Shown: one piece after another, positions 51,833 to 62,329 of the stretch
Position numbering within the stretch: position 1 is the first letter of the stretch
Layout: the number at the start of each line of letters is the position of its first letter
DNA from: Monocercomonoides exilis PA203
Taxonomy: Eukaryota > Protista > Preaxostyla
Direction of reading: 5' to 3'
Length of the DNA: 64,000 nucleotides
Assembly: GCA_001643675.2 (NCBI GenBank)
Contig: LSRY02000038.1
Location: 496,001-560,000 of the forward strand
The notes under the pieces: generated by a model
Seen by the model: only the letters and a program-made list of their open reading frames with translations
The model's database searches: none
What the model was told of the DNA's origin: nothing
Program-made: the position numbers and the translations under genes

Positions 51833-54800
51833 ATGAAAAATGAATATTTCTACATTCCATTCAAACACTTTGAAATTATTGGCATGATATTGAAGATGTC
51901 TTTTATTTCTTTTCAATTTTGTTTCATGGGAATGGTATTACAAAAAGTGTTTTCCACAAACGATCATATGAGAACCCATAATAATATAATGAAAATAAAT
52001 TGTAAAAGAAAGACGATTATGAGCATTGAAATAAGTCTAGAGGCTGTAATTGCTGTAATTCTGTGGAATACATCTTACGTGCATTGCTTGCGCTACGATA
52101 CCACAAATGACAAAGTTGGAACAATTCCAGAATTAAATGTTTTGCAAAAAATTCCTGTAATTGATTGGACGACTTCAACAGAAGCTGAAAATAGTTACAA
52201 TCTAAAGGAAACTTATATGCAAGCACAACATTGTGAAAAGAGTTCTGAACATGATGAATCTGAGGGATGGAAAGGAAAATGGAGAAAGAATCAAAACAAC
52301 AGAATTGAATCGGCAAACACAAACACAAACAGGAATATCTTCAAAATTGAAGGAGACGCATCAAATATTAGCATCCACAATGAAAAGAAAGTTGAAGAAG
52401 GAATTGAAGAAAGCAAGATGAAAAGTCACATTATTCTGGATAATTCATCTCTGTTGTGCATGAATTTGGGGATGATGGCAAATGAAAATAAAAGTTCATT
52501 AACCTTAAGAACTGAAAGTGTTGCGATGATTTCTGGATGCCATTTCGAGGTTAAAAGCGAAATAAGTCCATTTGATTTGTGTTTCAGTCAAATTCAACTT
52601 ACAAACTTGACACTTCGATTTTGGAATTCACAGCAGACCCACATGCCTCCTCTTTTCTCCACGCAAATGAGTGGATCAAAAAGTCACTCAACCAATTGTG
52701 TGTCTGTTTGCTCGTCGCATTTTTCTTCATTCCAGATATCTTCATCTCCATTTCTGTCTTCTCACTTTATTGAAGGGGTTTCACTCACAGATTTGATTTT
52801 CACCAATATTTCAACATTTCCAACACGCAGAAGGATTCATTTTGCTTCAGGATGTGGATGTTCCACTCTGATGAATGACTGCTCATTTTCATCAGTCTGT
52901 GATGTGTATGATGGGGGAATAGTTCCTTCTCTGAACAACCCTTTTACATCTTTGAGTGCTTCAAACTCCTCGTTTATTGGATGTTTCAGAAAAAGAAATG
53001 TTGAATGCAATGGTACTGAAATGGAAAAGAAACATCCAGGGAGACAAAACACAACAGATAATGGAACGAATTCATTCATTTGGTGTGAATGGAATATGTC
53101 GAAAACTCCTGGAGAAGTCGACTCATATGCCGATGGCTCTTCGAATGGCGGAGCAATTTGCATGATCAGTTTATCATCTGGAACACTTTCTTTAAAATAT
53201 TGTTCTTTGAATCGATGCATAGCCTTTTATTCAGGAGGAGGTATTTATTGCTACAATATCAAATCGGTTGAAATTGTGAATAACAGATTTAATGCCTGCA
53301 CTGCAATGAATTATCGTGGGGGTGGAATGTGCATTTTTTCGATCAAAGAATGCGTTCGGATCAGTGGATGTGAATTTCAGAATTGCAAAGCGAATAACTA
53401 TGGAGGAGGGCTTTATCTTGAAAATTTTCAGGTTTCAGAACCAGGATGCATTGAAACAGAAAACGAAGGAAGGGAAGGTGCGTGTGCGTTTGACTGCTAT
53501 TTCTCTTCATGTTCCATAACAAATAATTATGGTGGAGGATTGCGTTGTTATAACATTCCTGTTCAAGTCAAAATGAGGAGCATTCAATTCATTTCATGCA
53601 ATGCATCGTCTTATGGAGGAGGCTTAAGCGTGGATACACGACTGACTACAATGCCAAAAGATGGACATTATTTTTATTTCTTATTTTTTCATGAATGCAA
53701 GTGCTCTGCAGCAACTCCATATGGGCACGATGTGGTATATTTTGATTATCATAATGCCGTTTTGAATTCAGATAATCCGTTCAAAGAATGCTATACGACA
53801 AACACAGATAACCAGAGAGTTTGCTATGCAAGCAACTATTCGAATTTAACGGGTTGGACATATCAGCACACGGAAAAAAAGAATTGGCTGAATGAAAAGA
53901 CGATATACGTCTCAGTGAGCGGGAATGATGGATATGAGCTGTGTGGGGCATATGAATCAAATCCTTGTTTAACTGTAAAGAAGGCGTTTGAGATGTGTGA
54001 GGTGCAGATAAGCTTTGCAATCACGCTTATGGAAGGGAATCACACAAGCGAGGCAACAACTATTGATATTGGGTCAAAGAAGATTTCAGTCATTGGAGCA
54101 GGCAAAGATAAGAGTTCGATTGGAACAGGAGCCCTTTCATCGGTAGGAGCTCTGTTCAGTGTGTCAACAGGTTATCTTGGTTTATTTCATATGAAGGTTG
54201 ATTGCAACTCAATAGCAGAAACTTCACCTAGTGTGTTTGTGGTTTCTGATGGGAGCGGGTCACTCTCATTGGAAGATGTGTTGATCTCGTCAAGTGTTGT
54301 TGGAACGAATGTTATATCGTCATCTGTATTTGTGGTTGCGCTGTCACAGCTGAGGATGATTGATGTGGAGGTCAAAGATATGAAAGTTAGTCAGCCTCTG
54401 TTCTCAGAGCCATCATCAGGAGAAGCTGAATCAGAAGAGAGTTTTCTGTCAAATGTGACAATTCGGAATGTGAATCTGACTGAAGGAAATGGAGTGGTTG
54501 TGGCAAAGAATGTGAATGGAGAGGGGACATTTGTGGTGAGCAACACAACAATTGAGGAATGTGTATGTGAGAATGGGAATGGTGGAGGAATTCATATTTG
54601 TTTGAAGAAAAATGGGAAAGTAGTTGTGAATGGAACAAGTTTGATTGATGGGAATAAGGCAAAGAATAATGGAGGAAACGGAGGGAGAGGAGGTGGGATG
54701 TTTGTGTTGATGGAGAGTGGGGGATGTGGATTGACAATTGGACAGAATGTTGAGTTTTCGAAAGTGAATGTGAATGAGGCCTCATATGGGAAGGATGTGT

Positions 54801-57800
54801 TTGTTCATTGCGGGAGTGGTGTGTTTTTGGAGTCAAAAGTGAATACAAACACATTAGCATTTTTTGACACAAGTACCATTCCATCAGATGTGCTGAAGCT
54901 GAGTGGGAGTGAAAATGGGGATGAAAGTGGAGTTATTCCACTGTTTGTGTATTTTCATTCGTTGGGAACGAAAGTGATTGTTGATGGGAGTGGAGGAAAT
55001 GGGATGAATCACAACCATTGTGGATTTGAAGGGTTTGGGTGTTTGACAATTGATTATTGTGCGAACTCAAGAATGAGTGAAAATGTGAATGAAATGGAGG
55101 TTGTCTCATCTTCTTCCGTCAAGGATGAAATTGAATTTTCTTTATTTGGTGTGATAATTTCAGGCAGAATAATATCATCAGAAGAGGAGGAGAGGATGCA
55201 AGTGGATGTGAGTGATGAAGGATCAGCCACACAAGATTATTTTGTTGGATGTTCGAGTTCGCTGACAATGAGGAGACTTTCATTTGTTGTGATAGGTCAG
55301 TTGAATTCGAGGAGAAGCGCATTTATTCACTCAACATCAACAATCAACATGACGAACTGTTCAGTCTCATTTGAGAGTGGGGCATTAACAGATGGAAAGA
55401 TTGGATACAACATCATTGACATGGCAGGAGGGAATCTGATTGTTGATGGATATGTGATGGAAAGTGCAGTGATAATGAATGGGAAATCGCCAATAACGAT
55501 GACAAGTGGAATGAAATTGGATATTTTGAACAGCAGAGTGAGTGGAGTGGAGGTGAATGCGGCAGGTGGAAATGGAGGAGGGGGATGTTTGAATGTTGGG
55601 ATGGGCGTTAATGGGAATGTGAAAATTGAAGAAAGCAATTTTTCATCGAGATGCACAGGTGGAAGTGGAATGAAAGGGGGAGGGATGATGATATCAGTGG
55701 GGAAGGGAGGGAGTTTGGAAATGAAAAATGTGAACTTATCAGGATGTGAAGTTCCAACAGAGGATGTTGAGGATGGAGGAAGAGGATTGGGAGGAGGGAT
55801 GTTTGTTGAACTTCCTGAAGAGATTGGATCATTTGTTTTAGAAGGAATGGAATTTGAGGGATGTGATGGGTGGAAAGGGAAGAAAATGTTTGTTTCTGGA
55901 TGGGATCTGAGTGAGATTGTGAATGAGGAGCACCTGAAATGGGAGATTAAGGAAGAGGAATTTGGGTTGTTGGATGAGCTGTGTGGATGGGAGAGGAAGA
56001 CGACAGGAGAGGAGGGATATGTGATTCCATTGGTTGTGTATTTGTGGAGGAACTGGAGTGGGGATGGATTTGTTTCTCGAGAGAAAGGAGGAGACTTCAG
56101 TGGATGCGGATTTTCAGAAGCACCATGTTCATCAGTTGATCACTTAATATCGCTGAGATATTCAACACTTGGTGAAGGCGAGTCACACATCAACATTGTT
56201 GGATCAGGATTGCTCCAGAAATCGATTTCATTTTTGTCATCATCATCATTATCAATAACTCCAGTTGTGTCAATTGAGGGAGAGAAAGAAGGCACAAGTC
56301 TGAAAGTGAGTGAGGAAGGGGGAATGATAACATCGAATGTCGAAGCTTCATTCACGAATTTGTCATTTTCTCTGCCAAATGAACTTGTTTCTCAATCATC
56401 GCTCATTCACTCAACTTCATCATCAGCAGCATCACTTTCAATCAAGAGGTGCTCATTTGTTTGCGAAGATTCAACAAAGGAAACGAAATATTATCTGATA
56501 AAAGCAGATGGAGGGAGTGTGGTGATTGAGGATTGCACCCTTTCCCAGTTCAATCTGGGAAAAGGGTTTGTCGAATTCACGGCAGATGTGAAGAGTATTG
56601 ATATGATGAATGTGTCAGTTTCGAACACAACAATCTCAGGAAGCAGTCTGATATCGCTGAGTCAGGCATTCCCAACAAATGTGTTGATCAGCAAAGCAAG
56701 AGAGAACACAAAACAAATCGTGAGGGTGAACAGCTCCTCATTTGTGAACATCACATGCGTGGAGAACAGGCCATGTGTGATGAGCGTGGGATCGTTCTTG
56801 AATGGGATGGAATGTGTGATTGAAGGGTGTGTGCTGACGAAGTGCATGAGCGAGAGGAGCTTGGAAGGAGGAGGGATGAAGATGTTGATGAAGAGAGGAG
56901 AATCGGAGGTGAAAGTGAGTGGGTGTTCATTTGGGATGTGTGTGTGCTCGACAGGGAATGGAAGGGGAGGAGGGATGATGATTGATGCACTTGATCCGAA
57001 TGGGGAATGCTCCAACACGGAAATGCCACCACTTGGGCTGAGATTGGAGAACATCCGATTCATGATGAATGATGCGTTTGTGGGGAAGGATGTGTTCATC
57101 CGATGTGACTCGATTGACTTGCAGCTGAATGAAAGACTGTTTGGATTGGACTTCAGCCAGGAGGCGCTGAAGGGGAAGGACTCGATGTGTGGGAGCGATG
57201 GAGAAGGGAAAGCTGATGTTGATCTGATTCCGCTGATCACATTCTATTATTCTTCACAGGTGTTTGTGTGTGTGAATGGGAGTGACAACAGACAGTGTGG
57301 AGCACAGAACAATCCGTGTGAGAGCATCGGAAATGCTGTGCAACACATTCAACGAAGTGTTGTGAATATGATTCTTATTGATGGGGAAGGGATGATGGGA
57401 GAGGAATGTGTGATTGGGGATGTGAGGATGGTGTCGATGGGGAGGGAGAAGGCGACAGTGCATTTTGAGAGGAAGATGGAGGAAAGAGGAGAGGAGAGGA
57501 GCATGATGGTGTTTGTGAATGAGAGTGTGGTGGAGAGGTGTTTGTTTGTGTTTGGAGAGACATTTGAGAGCACACAGAAATATGTTGTGAAAGTGAAGGA
57601 GGGGCGGATGGTGATGAATGAATGCTCATTTGAGGGTTCAGCCAGTGGGATGGGAAAAAGGCTGAAGAACACACTGGTTGGGGTGGAGGGAGGAGAGATG
57701 GAGATGGTGAGATGCACAATCAGACACATCCATCATTGTGGCAGATTGGTTGTTTTCTGTGGAGAATCATCGAGAGTGATAATGAGTGAGATAAGGATTT

Positions 57801-60259
57801 GGGATGTGGAATCAGAGGGAGATGTGGTTGTTGTGGAAGGGGAGGCGAGAGTGAGTGTGAAAGAAGTGGGGATGGAGAACATAACAATAATGGGGGAGTG
57901 GAGTGTGATGGCGCTGAGAGGGAGTGGAGATGGGAATCTGTCAAACTGCTCATTCAGTGGGTGTGAGAGTGGAAGAGAGAAGGGAGGGGTTGTTTTGTTG
58001 AGCAGTTGTGAGGATGTGAGGATTGAGATGTGTGATGTGAGTGGAGGAGTGAACAGGGCAGATGAAGAAAGAAATTTGAAGGAGATGAATGAAAAGGAGG
58101 AAAAAGAGGGAAGAGAAAGGATATGCAAGTGGAATGTATCGATGGTTGGGATTGAGAGGAGCAGGATTGTGATGGAGGATACGAGGATTCGGGAGTGTGG
58201 AAAAGGGGGATTGTCCGTATTGGCTGGTTATTTGACTGTTGAGAAAGGAGAATTTGAGAACAACAATCCATTCATAGAAAAATATCCATCAATGAGAAGA
58301 AATATCCTTTGCTCAGATTCTGGAATATTGATCGTTTCCAACTTGAAAGGTGGAGATGGGTTGATGCCCAATTCTTCCCTTTGGATTTTGAATGATGGAT
58401 GCACCCTTCGTGGAATAGCAGGAGAAAGACCATCTCCTTTCTTCATTCCCAAATTGGAAGATGTTTCTGTGAATGAAAATGGCAGACATATTGTTGTGAA
58501 ATTCAAGGGATCCCTTTTTGTGCCATGTGACTTGTCATTCAGACTGGTGCATAAAACAGGAGATGTGGAGTTGGTTGAGACATATCCATTTGAGGAAGAC
58601 AGTTTTGTATCCGAAACGGAAGTGATTGGAAGAGTTCCATCAGAGAATATTTCAGCAATTGCAGATGAAACAGAGGTGTCTGTAATGATATTGTTTGGGA
58701 AGCCATTGGCTGCAACTTCTCCACTGATTCTGAAGAACAAAACAGAACCAAAGACAGGAGATGAAAAAGTGGTTGAAGGAGGGAAAGAAGGAAAATCATC
58801 ATGGGCATTGATTGTGATTGTGATATTTGCTGTGCTGTTCTTGATTGTTCTTGTTGCATCGATCGTGGCAACTATTCGATGGAGAAGGGCAAAAGAAGAA
58901 GCGAAAAAATACAAGGAGATTGTGAACGATAACATCAGAAAGGATCCGAAGGCATTTGAGATGGTGACGATGGAGATGTCGCCAGAGGAGCAGTGGAGGA
59001 GAGCAGAGAGGGAGGCAGAAAGGAAGAACGATGAGAGAATGAAGAAGAGAATATATGACACGAATATGGAACATTCTGAGTCTTCAGAGCATCTTCTTTC
59101 TGAGAGTGGTTCAACTGAATATATCCTTGGAAGAGACTCTGACAAGATCCCTCAATGGGCACTGGAAAAGGTTGAAGAAGAGATTCAAAAGAGATCACCA
59201 TCTCCGTCAATTTCTTCCACTTCCACCACAGACACTTCAGACACAGAATCCACCTTTGTTCGAATGGAGGATATGTGTCCAACCACCTCTTCGATGTCGA
59301 ACTTGGTGGATGCCATGGCATGTTCATCTCTTCATGAGAAGCTGATTGTGGATCTGAGGGATTCACTGTTCATGTTGCTTCATGGAAGGAATAAAACAAA
59401 GGAGATGGCAATTGGAACAATGGAAGAGAGGGAGCAGACAGCTGCTCAGATCCTGTTCTGGGTTGCGAATGGAGCTCTTCACTCGTTTGATGAAATGGAA
59501 AATCCTCTTTCATCTTTCGAAAATCTGAATCCTCACATTGTTCTCTTCTCTGAGCATAAGGTTATCTGCATTGTGATGCATTCTGACTTCCTTTCTTCTG
59601 ATGATAGTTCAGATTCCTCATCGATCTCTTCATTACCTGTTGTCTCTTCATCGTCGTCCAATATTTCAGTGATGAGCGAGAGATTCACAGACTCGCCACC
59701 ACCTTCATCTGCTTTTGAAGACGACGATGATATCAGAAAAGAGTGCCTGAGATGGAAGGCACCAGAGCTGTTGATCAACAAGAAGATGGGGGCAACAAAG
59801 GAATCTGTGGCATTCTCGATTGGGATGATGCTGTGGGAATGCTTAACTTTGGAGATTCCGTTTGGAGAATATGATGCCGAGACAGCTGGACAGAAGATAA
59901 CATTTGGAGAAAGGCCATCACGAAAGTTGATAGCAGGAAGGGGAATGGATGAGGTTGTTGGAAGCTGCTGGGAAGAGGAAGCGAGCAAGAGGATGGGGCT
60001 GTTTGAGGTGAAGAAGGAGCTGTTTTCGCACTTTCCAGCGAATGCAGTTGTGATAACAGCCTCAGATGCGATTGCATATGCTGAGAGCTCAGAAAGTGAG
60101 ACAGATGATGAAAAGGAAGGGACAACCATCCAACAAGCAACAACAACAACAAACACAGCCACCACCACTTCTTCAACAGTAACATCAACAACTACTACTT
60201 CAACAACAAAATCAACGTTAAAAACAAGAGAAAATGCAAGTGTGAGACGAATTGATTGA
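51833..60259 (+). CDS. Giant Cys/Gly-rich beta-helix-like single-pass receptor with C-terminal TKL-like pseudokinase (likely start ATG 52019)
   Basis: Uninterrupted 2808-codon ORF with GGA/GGG..F..C repeats and repeated D...CG....PC.T modules. TM WALIVIVIFAVLFLIVLVASIVATI at ~58800-58880. Kinase C-lobe motifs RWKAPE, FSIGMMLWECLTLEIPF and GERP. Confidence 0.92.
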   Translation: MKNEYFYIPFKHFEIIGMILKMSFISFQFCFMGMVLQKVFSTNDHMRTHNNIMKINCKRKTIMSIEISLEAVIAVILWNTSYVHCLRYDTTNDKVGTIPELNVLQKIPVIDWTTSTEAENSYNLKETYMQAQHCEKSSEHDESEGWKGKWRKNQNNRIESANTNTNRNIFKIEGDASNISIHNEKKVEEGIEESKMKSHIILDNSSLLCMNLGMMANENKSSLTLRTESVAMISGCHFEVKSEISPFDLCFSQIQLTNLTLRFWNSQQTHMPPLFSTQMSGSKSHSTNCVSVCSSHFSSFQISSSPFLSSHFIEGVSLTDLIFTNISTFPTRRRIHFASGCGCSTLMNDCSFSSVCDVYDGGIVPSLNNPFTSLSASNSSFIGCFRKRNVECNGTEMEKKHPGRQNTTDNGTNSFIWCEWNMSKTPGEVDSYADGSSNGGAICMISLSSGTLSLKYCSLNRCIAFYSGGGIYCYNIKSVEIVNNRFNACTAMNYRGGGMCIFSIKECVRISGCEFQNCKANNYGGGLYLENFQVSEPGCIETENEGREGACAFDCYFSSCSITNNYGGGLRCYNIPVQVKMRSIQFISCNASSYGGGLSVDTRLTTMPKDGHYFYFLFFHECKCSAATPYGHDVVYFDYHNAVLNSDNPFKECYTTNTDNQRVCYASNYSNLTGWTYQHTEKKNWLNEKTIYVSVSGNDGYELCGAYESNPCLTVKKAFEMCEVQISFAITLMEGNHTSEATTIDIGSKKISVIGAGKDKSSIGTGALSSVGALFSVSTGYLGLFHMKVDCNSIAETSPSVFVVSDGSGSLSLEDVLISSSVVGTNVISSSVFVVALSQLRMIDVEVKDMKVSQPLFSEPSSGEAESEESFLSNVTIRNVNLTEGNGVVVAKNVNGEGTFVVSNTTIEECVCENGNGGGIHICLKKNGKVVVNGTSLIDGNKAKNNGGNGGRGGGMFVLMESGGCGLTIGQNVEFSKVNVNEASYGKDVFVHCGSGVFLESKVNTNTLAFFDTSTIPSDVLKLSGSENGDESGVIPLFVYFHSLGTKVIVDGSGGNGMNHNHCGFEGFGCLTIDYCANSRMSENVNEMEVVSSSSVKDEIEFSLFGVIISGRIISSEEEERMQVDVSDEGSATQDYFVGCSSSLTMRRLSFVVIGQLNSRRSAFIHSTSTINMTNCSVSFESGALTDGKIGYNIIDMAGGNLIVDGYVMESAVIMNGKSPITMTSGMKLDILNSRVSGVEVNAAGGNGGGGCLNVGMGVNGNVKIEESNFSSRCTGGSGMKGGGMMISVGKGGSLEMKNVNLSGCEVPTEDVEDGGRGLGGGMFVELPEEIGSFVLEGMEFEGCDGWKGKKMFVSGWDLSEIVNEEHLKWEIKEEEFGLLDELCGWERKTTGEEGYVIPLVVYLWRNWSGDGFVSREKGGDFSGCGFSEAPCSSVDHLISLRYSTLGEGESHINIVGSGLLQKSISFLSSSSLSITPVVSIEGEKEGTSLKVSEEGGMITSNVEASFTNLSFSLPNELVSQSSLIHSTSSSAASLSIKRCSFVCEDSTKETKYYLIKADGGSVVIEDCTLSQFNLGKGFVEFTADVKSIDMMNVSVSNTTISGSSLISLSQAFPTNVLISKARENTKQIVRVNSSSFVNITCVENRPCVMSVGSFLNGMECVIEGCVLTKCMSERSLEGGGMKMLMKRGESEVKVSGCSFGMCVCSTGNGRGGGMMIDALDPNGECSNTEMPPLGLRLENIRFMMNDAFVGKDVFIRCDSIDLQLNERLFGLDFSQEALKGKDSMCGSDGEGKADVDLIPLITFYYSSQVFVCVNGSDNRQCGAQNNPCESIGNAVQHIQRSVVNMILIDGEGMMGEECVIGDVRMVSMGREKATVHFERKMEERGEERSMMVFVNESVVERCLFVFGETFESTQKYVVKVKEGRMVMNECSFEGSASGMGKRLKNTLVGVEGGEMEMVRCTIRHIHHCGRLVVFCGESSRVIMSEIRIWDVESEGDVVVVEGEARVSVKEVGMENITIMGEWSVMALRGSGDGNLSNCSFSGCESGREKGGVVLLSSCEDVRIEMCDVSGGVNRADEERNLKEMNEKEEKEGRERICKWNVSMVGIERSRIVMEDTRIRECGKGGLSVLAGYLTVEKGEFENNNPFIEKYPSMRRNILCSDSGILIVSNLKGGDGLMPNSSLWILNDGCTLRGIAGERPSPFFIPKLEDVSVNENGRHIVVKFKGSLFVPCDLSFRLVHKTGDVELVETYPFEEDSFVSETEVIGRVPSENISAIADETEVSVMILFGKPLAATSPLILKNKTEPKTGDEKVVEGGKEGKSSWALIVIVIFAVLFLIVLVASIVATIRWRRAKEEAKKYKEIVNDNIRKDPKAFEMVTMEMSPEEQWRRAEREAERKNDERMKKRIYDTNMEHSESSEHLLSESGSTEYILGRDSDKIPQWALEKVEEEIQKRSPSPSISSTSTTDTSDTESTFVRMEDMCPTTSSMSNLVDAMACSSLHEKLIVDLRDSLFMLLHGRNKTKEMAIGTMEEREQTAAQILFWVANGALHSFDEMENPLSSFENLNPHIVLFSEHKVICIVMHSDFLSSDDSSDSSSISSLPVVSSSSSNISVMSERFTDSPPPSSAFEDDDDIRKECLRWKAPELLINKKMGATKESVAFSIGMMLWECLTLEIPFGEYDAETAGQKITFGERPSRKLIAGRGMDEVVGSCWEEEASKRMGLFEVKKELFSHFPANAVVITASDAIAYAESSESETDDEKEGTTIQQATTTTNTATTTSSTVTSTTTTSTTKSTLKTRENASVRRID

Positions 60260-61056
60260 TGATTTTGAGAAGAGAACAAGAATTGTTTTTCATCGGAATG
60301 AGGCAAATGATGGTTCCCACAAATATAATATAAGAAAGAAAGATAACGTTTTGAATGTTTTTGTATGTTTTTGTATGTATCTATAAAGTATGTATTTTCA
60401 TGTGTATTTTTATTGATACAATTCCTTTGGGGATTCTTCTTTTTTCTTCCCTTCTGATGTCTTTATGCAGTGTTGTTCCATTTCACATTTTGTAATCTTT
60501 CGAATGAAATAAATAAATACATATATTAATATATGGTAAGTGGGAACAAAACGTACAGTTAAAAATGCTTTTAAAAGCTCAACTGCTTGTTATAAAAATA
60601 ATAAATAAGTTCATTTTGGATATTTCAATTTGTAAATTTTGTTTAATTCTTATTATTGAATTAATGACCCATTTTTGAAATTTTAAATTAACAAAACACC
60701 TGTTTTTTTTTTTTGATAAATATAACCATAACCAGTGATTTAGGTTCTTATTTTAATAAAAAATTATACCCTGATTCATTCGTTGTGAGAAAATTGATAC
60801 CTATAACCTCTCCAAAACCTAATTAGTTAATTCGAAGAAAATATTTTCAAGGGTTTGATCAACGATATTTCAATAAAAAAGGTAGTAATTCAACACTTTT
60901 ATTTTGTACCGAAAAAGAATATTTCTATTTTTTATGTTCCTTTGAATCAATTTGGTCAAGATTATCTGGGAAATGAAACTTTCTTTATTTTTTTTTTTTT
61001 TTTGAACTGTACGTTTTGTTCCCATTCACCAAATATTTTTATTAATTTGAATATCT

Positions 61057-61262
61057 GGCTGATCCTTTTAGAAATCAAACTTCCGTTCGAGTTTTGATCA
61101 AAAATTATATCTCAATGGGATTTTGAAAAATTGAACTTAAACTGATAATACACGTTGTTCATGATGTTATTATTGCAAAAACAAAAAATCAACAAAAATC
61201 CCATTGAGATTTAATTTTTAATCAAGACTCGAACGAAAGTATGATTTCAAAAAGGATAAGCC
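61057..61262. repeat. Small degenerate inverted-repeat element with GGC...GCC ends
   Basis: ~70-bp arms: GGCTGATCCTTTTAGAAATC...CTCAATGGGATTTT versus AAAATCCCATTGAG...GATTTCAAAAAGGATAAGCC. No clean TSD. Confidence 0.65.
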
Positions 61263-61654
61263 ATATTTCTTTCAAAATTTAAATAAAATTTTGAGAAAGA
61301 CGAGCGCTAACTTATATTTTTGAAAATTCTTTTTTGTTTGTTATATTTTTCTCATAAACCTTTAATGAGCAATTCGACAGACTTGGGACTGTGTTTTTTG
61401 TTTCATGAATCTTGTTCCATTCTTCTATTCCTAATTATTTTCTCTTTTTTGATTTTCCAAAATAATTTTTGCTTGAGAATGCTCCACTTTTTTTGATTTG
61501 ATTGCGAAAAAGTTTGGAACAAATAGTTGTTTCATTTATAAATGCAAGTACTTTATCCCATTTTTTCTCCATGAATGCTCACAGATTTTCGAAATGATTC
61601 TTATTTCTTTTCTGTCTTGAATATCTGAATATTGCATTTTAAATGTAGTGAATA

Positions 61655-62105
61655 CTATCTAAACCGGATATAATCACGTCGAATATAATCACATTCGTAT
61701 ATTGTCACATTTTTCCATGTATTGACATTTTTGAACAAATTTTCATTCATTTTTCATCGCACATAATCACAGGGATGAAAATATATAATCATTTTTTAAA
61801 TTATAATGTATGATTTTTTCAATGAAAAATCGATTTTTTGATCGAAAATTTTAATTTTTCGCTTTTTCAAAAATGTGCACAAATAAATCAAAAGAATGTG
61901 TATTTGTGATCAAAATTGTTCAAGCAAGTGAAAAAAGTGTATTTGTGCAGAATTTCCAAAAATAAAAAAAATTGTCCCAAAATTAATAATTTCAATAATT
62001 AATATTTATTTTTTTCTGTGTTAATCATCATCGAGTATAATCACAATCTGATATAGTCACAAAAAGTTATGCAAAAACCGATGTGATTATATCCGGTTAA
62101 GACTG
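61655..62105 (-). mobile_element. Uninterrupted 451-bp copy of the CAGTC MITE
   Basis: TA|CTATCTAAACCGGATATAATCAC...GTGATTATATCCGGTTAAGACTG|TA; colinear with the split copy at 27123-31543. Confidence 0.92.
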
Positions 62106-62329
62106 TATTACAGAATATGGAAAACATGAAAAATTCAAAAAACACTTTAAAATAGGAAAAACACTTAATTAGAATCGAAATTTTCTTCAATTTTCTTTGT
62201 TAATTTTTGCATTATGATGGTTCAAATTTATTGTCTGGATAACATCGTTTTTTATCTCCTTTCTAAATGTTCTTTTCACTATTTTCTCCAACGGCAATTC
62301 TTCTTCTTAAATTTCTTTTTCTTTTTCTT

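Noticed and set aside
52017-60306. Many antisense and alternate-frame ORFs over the large gene, its fragments and the DIRS ORFs
   Set aside because: Shadow frames caused by codon bias; no independent motifs.
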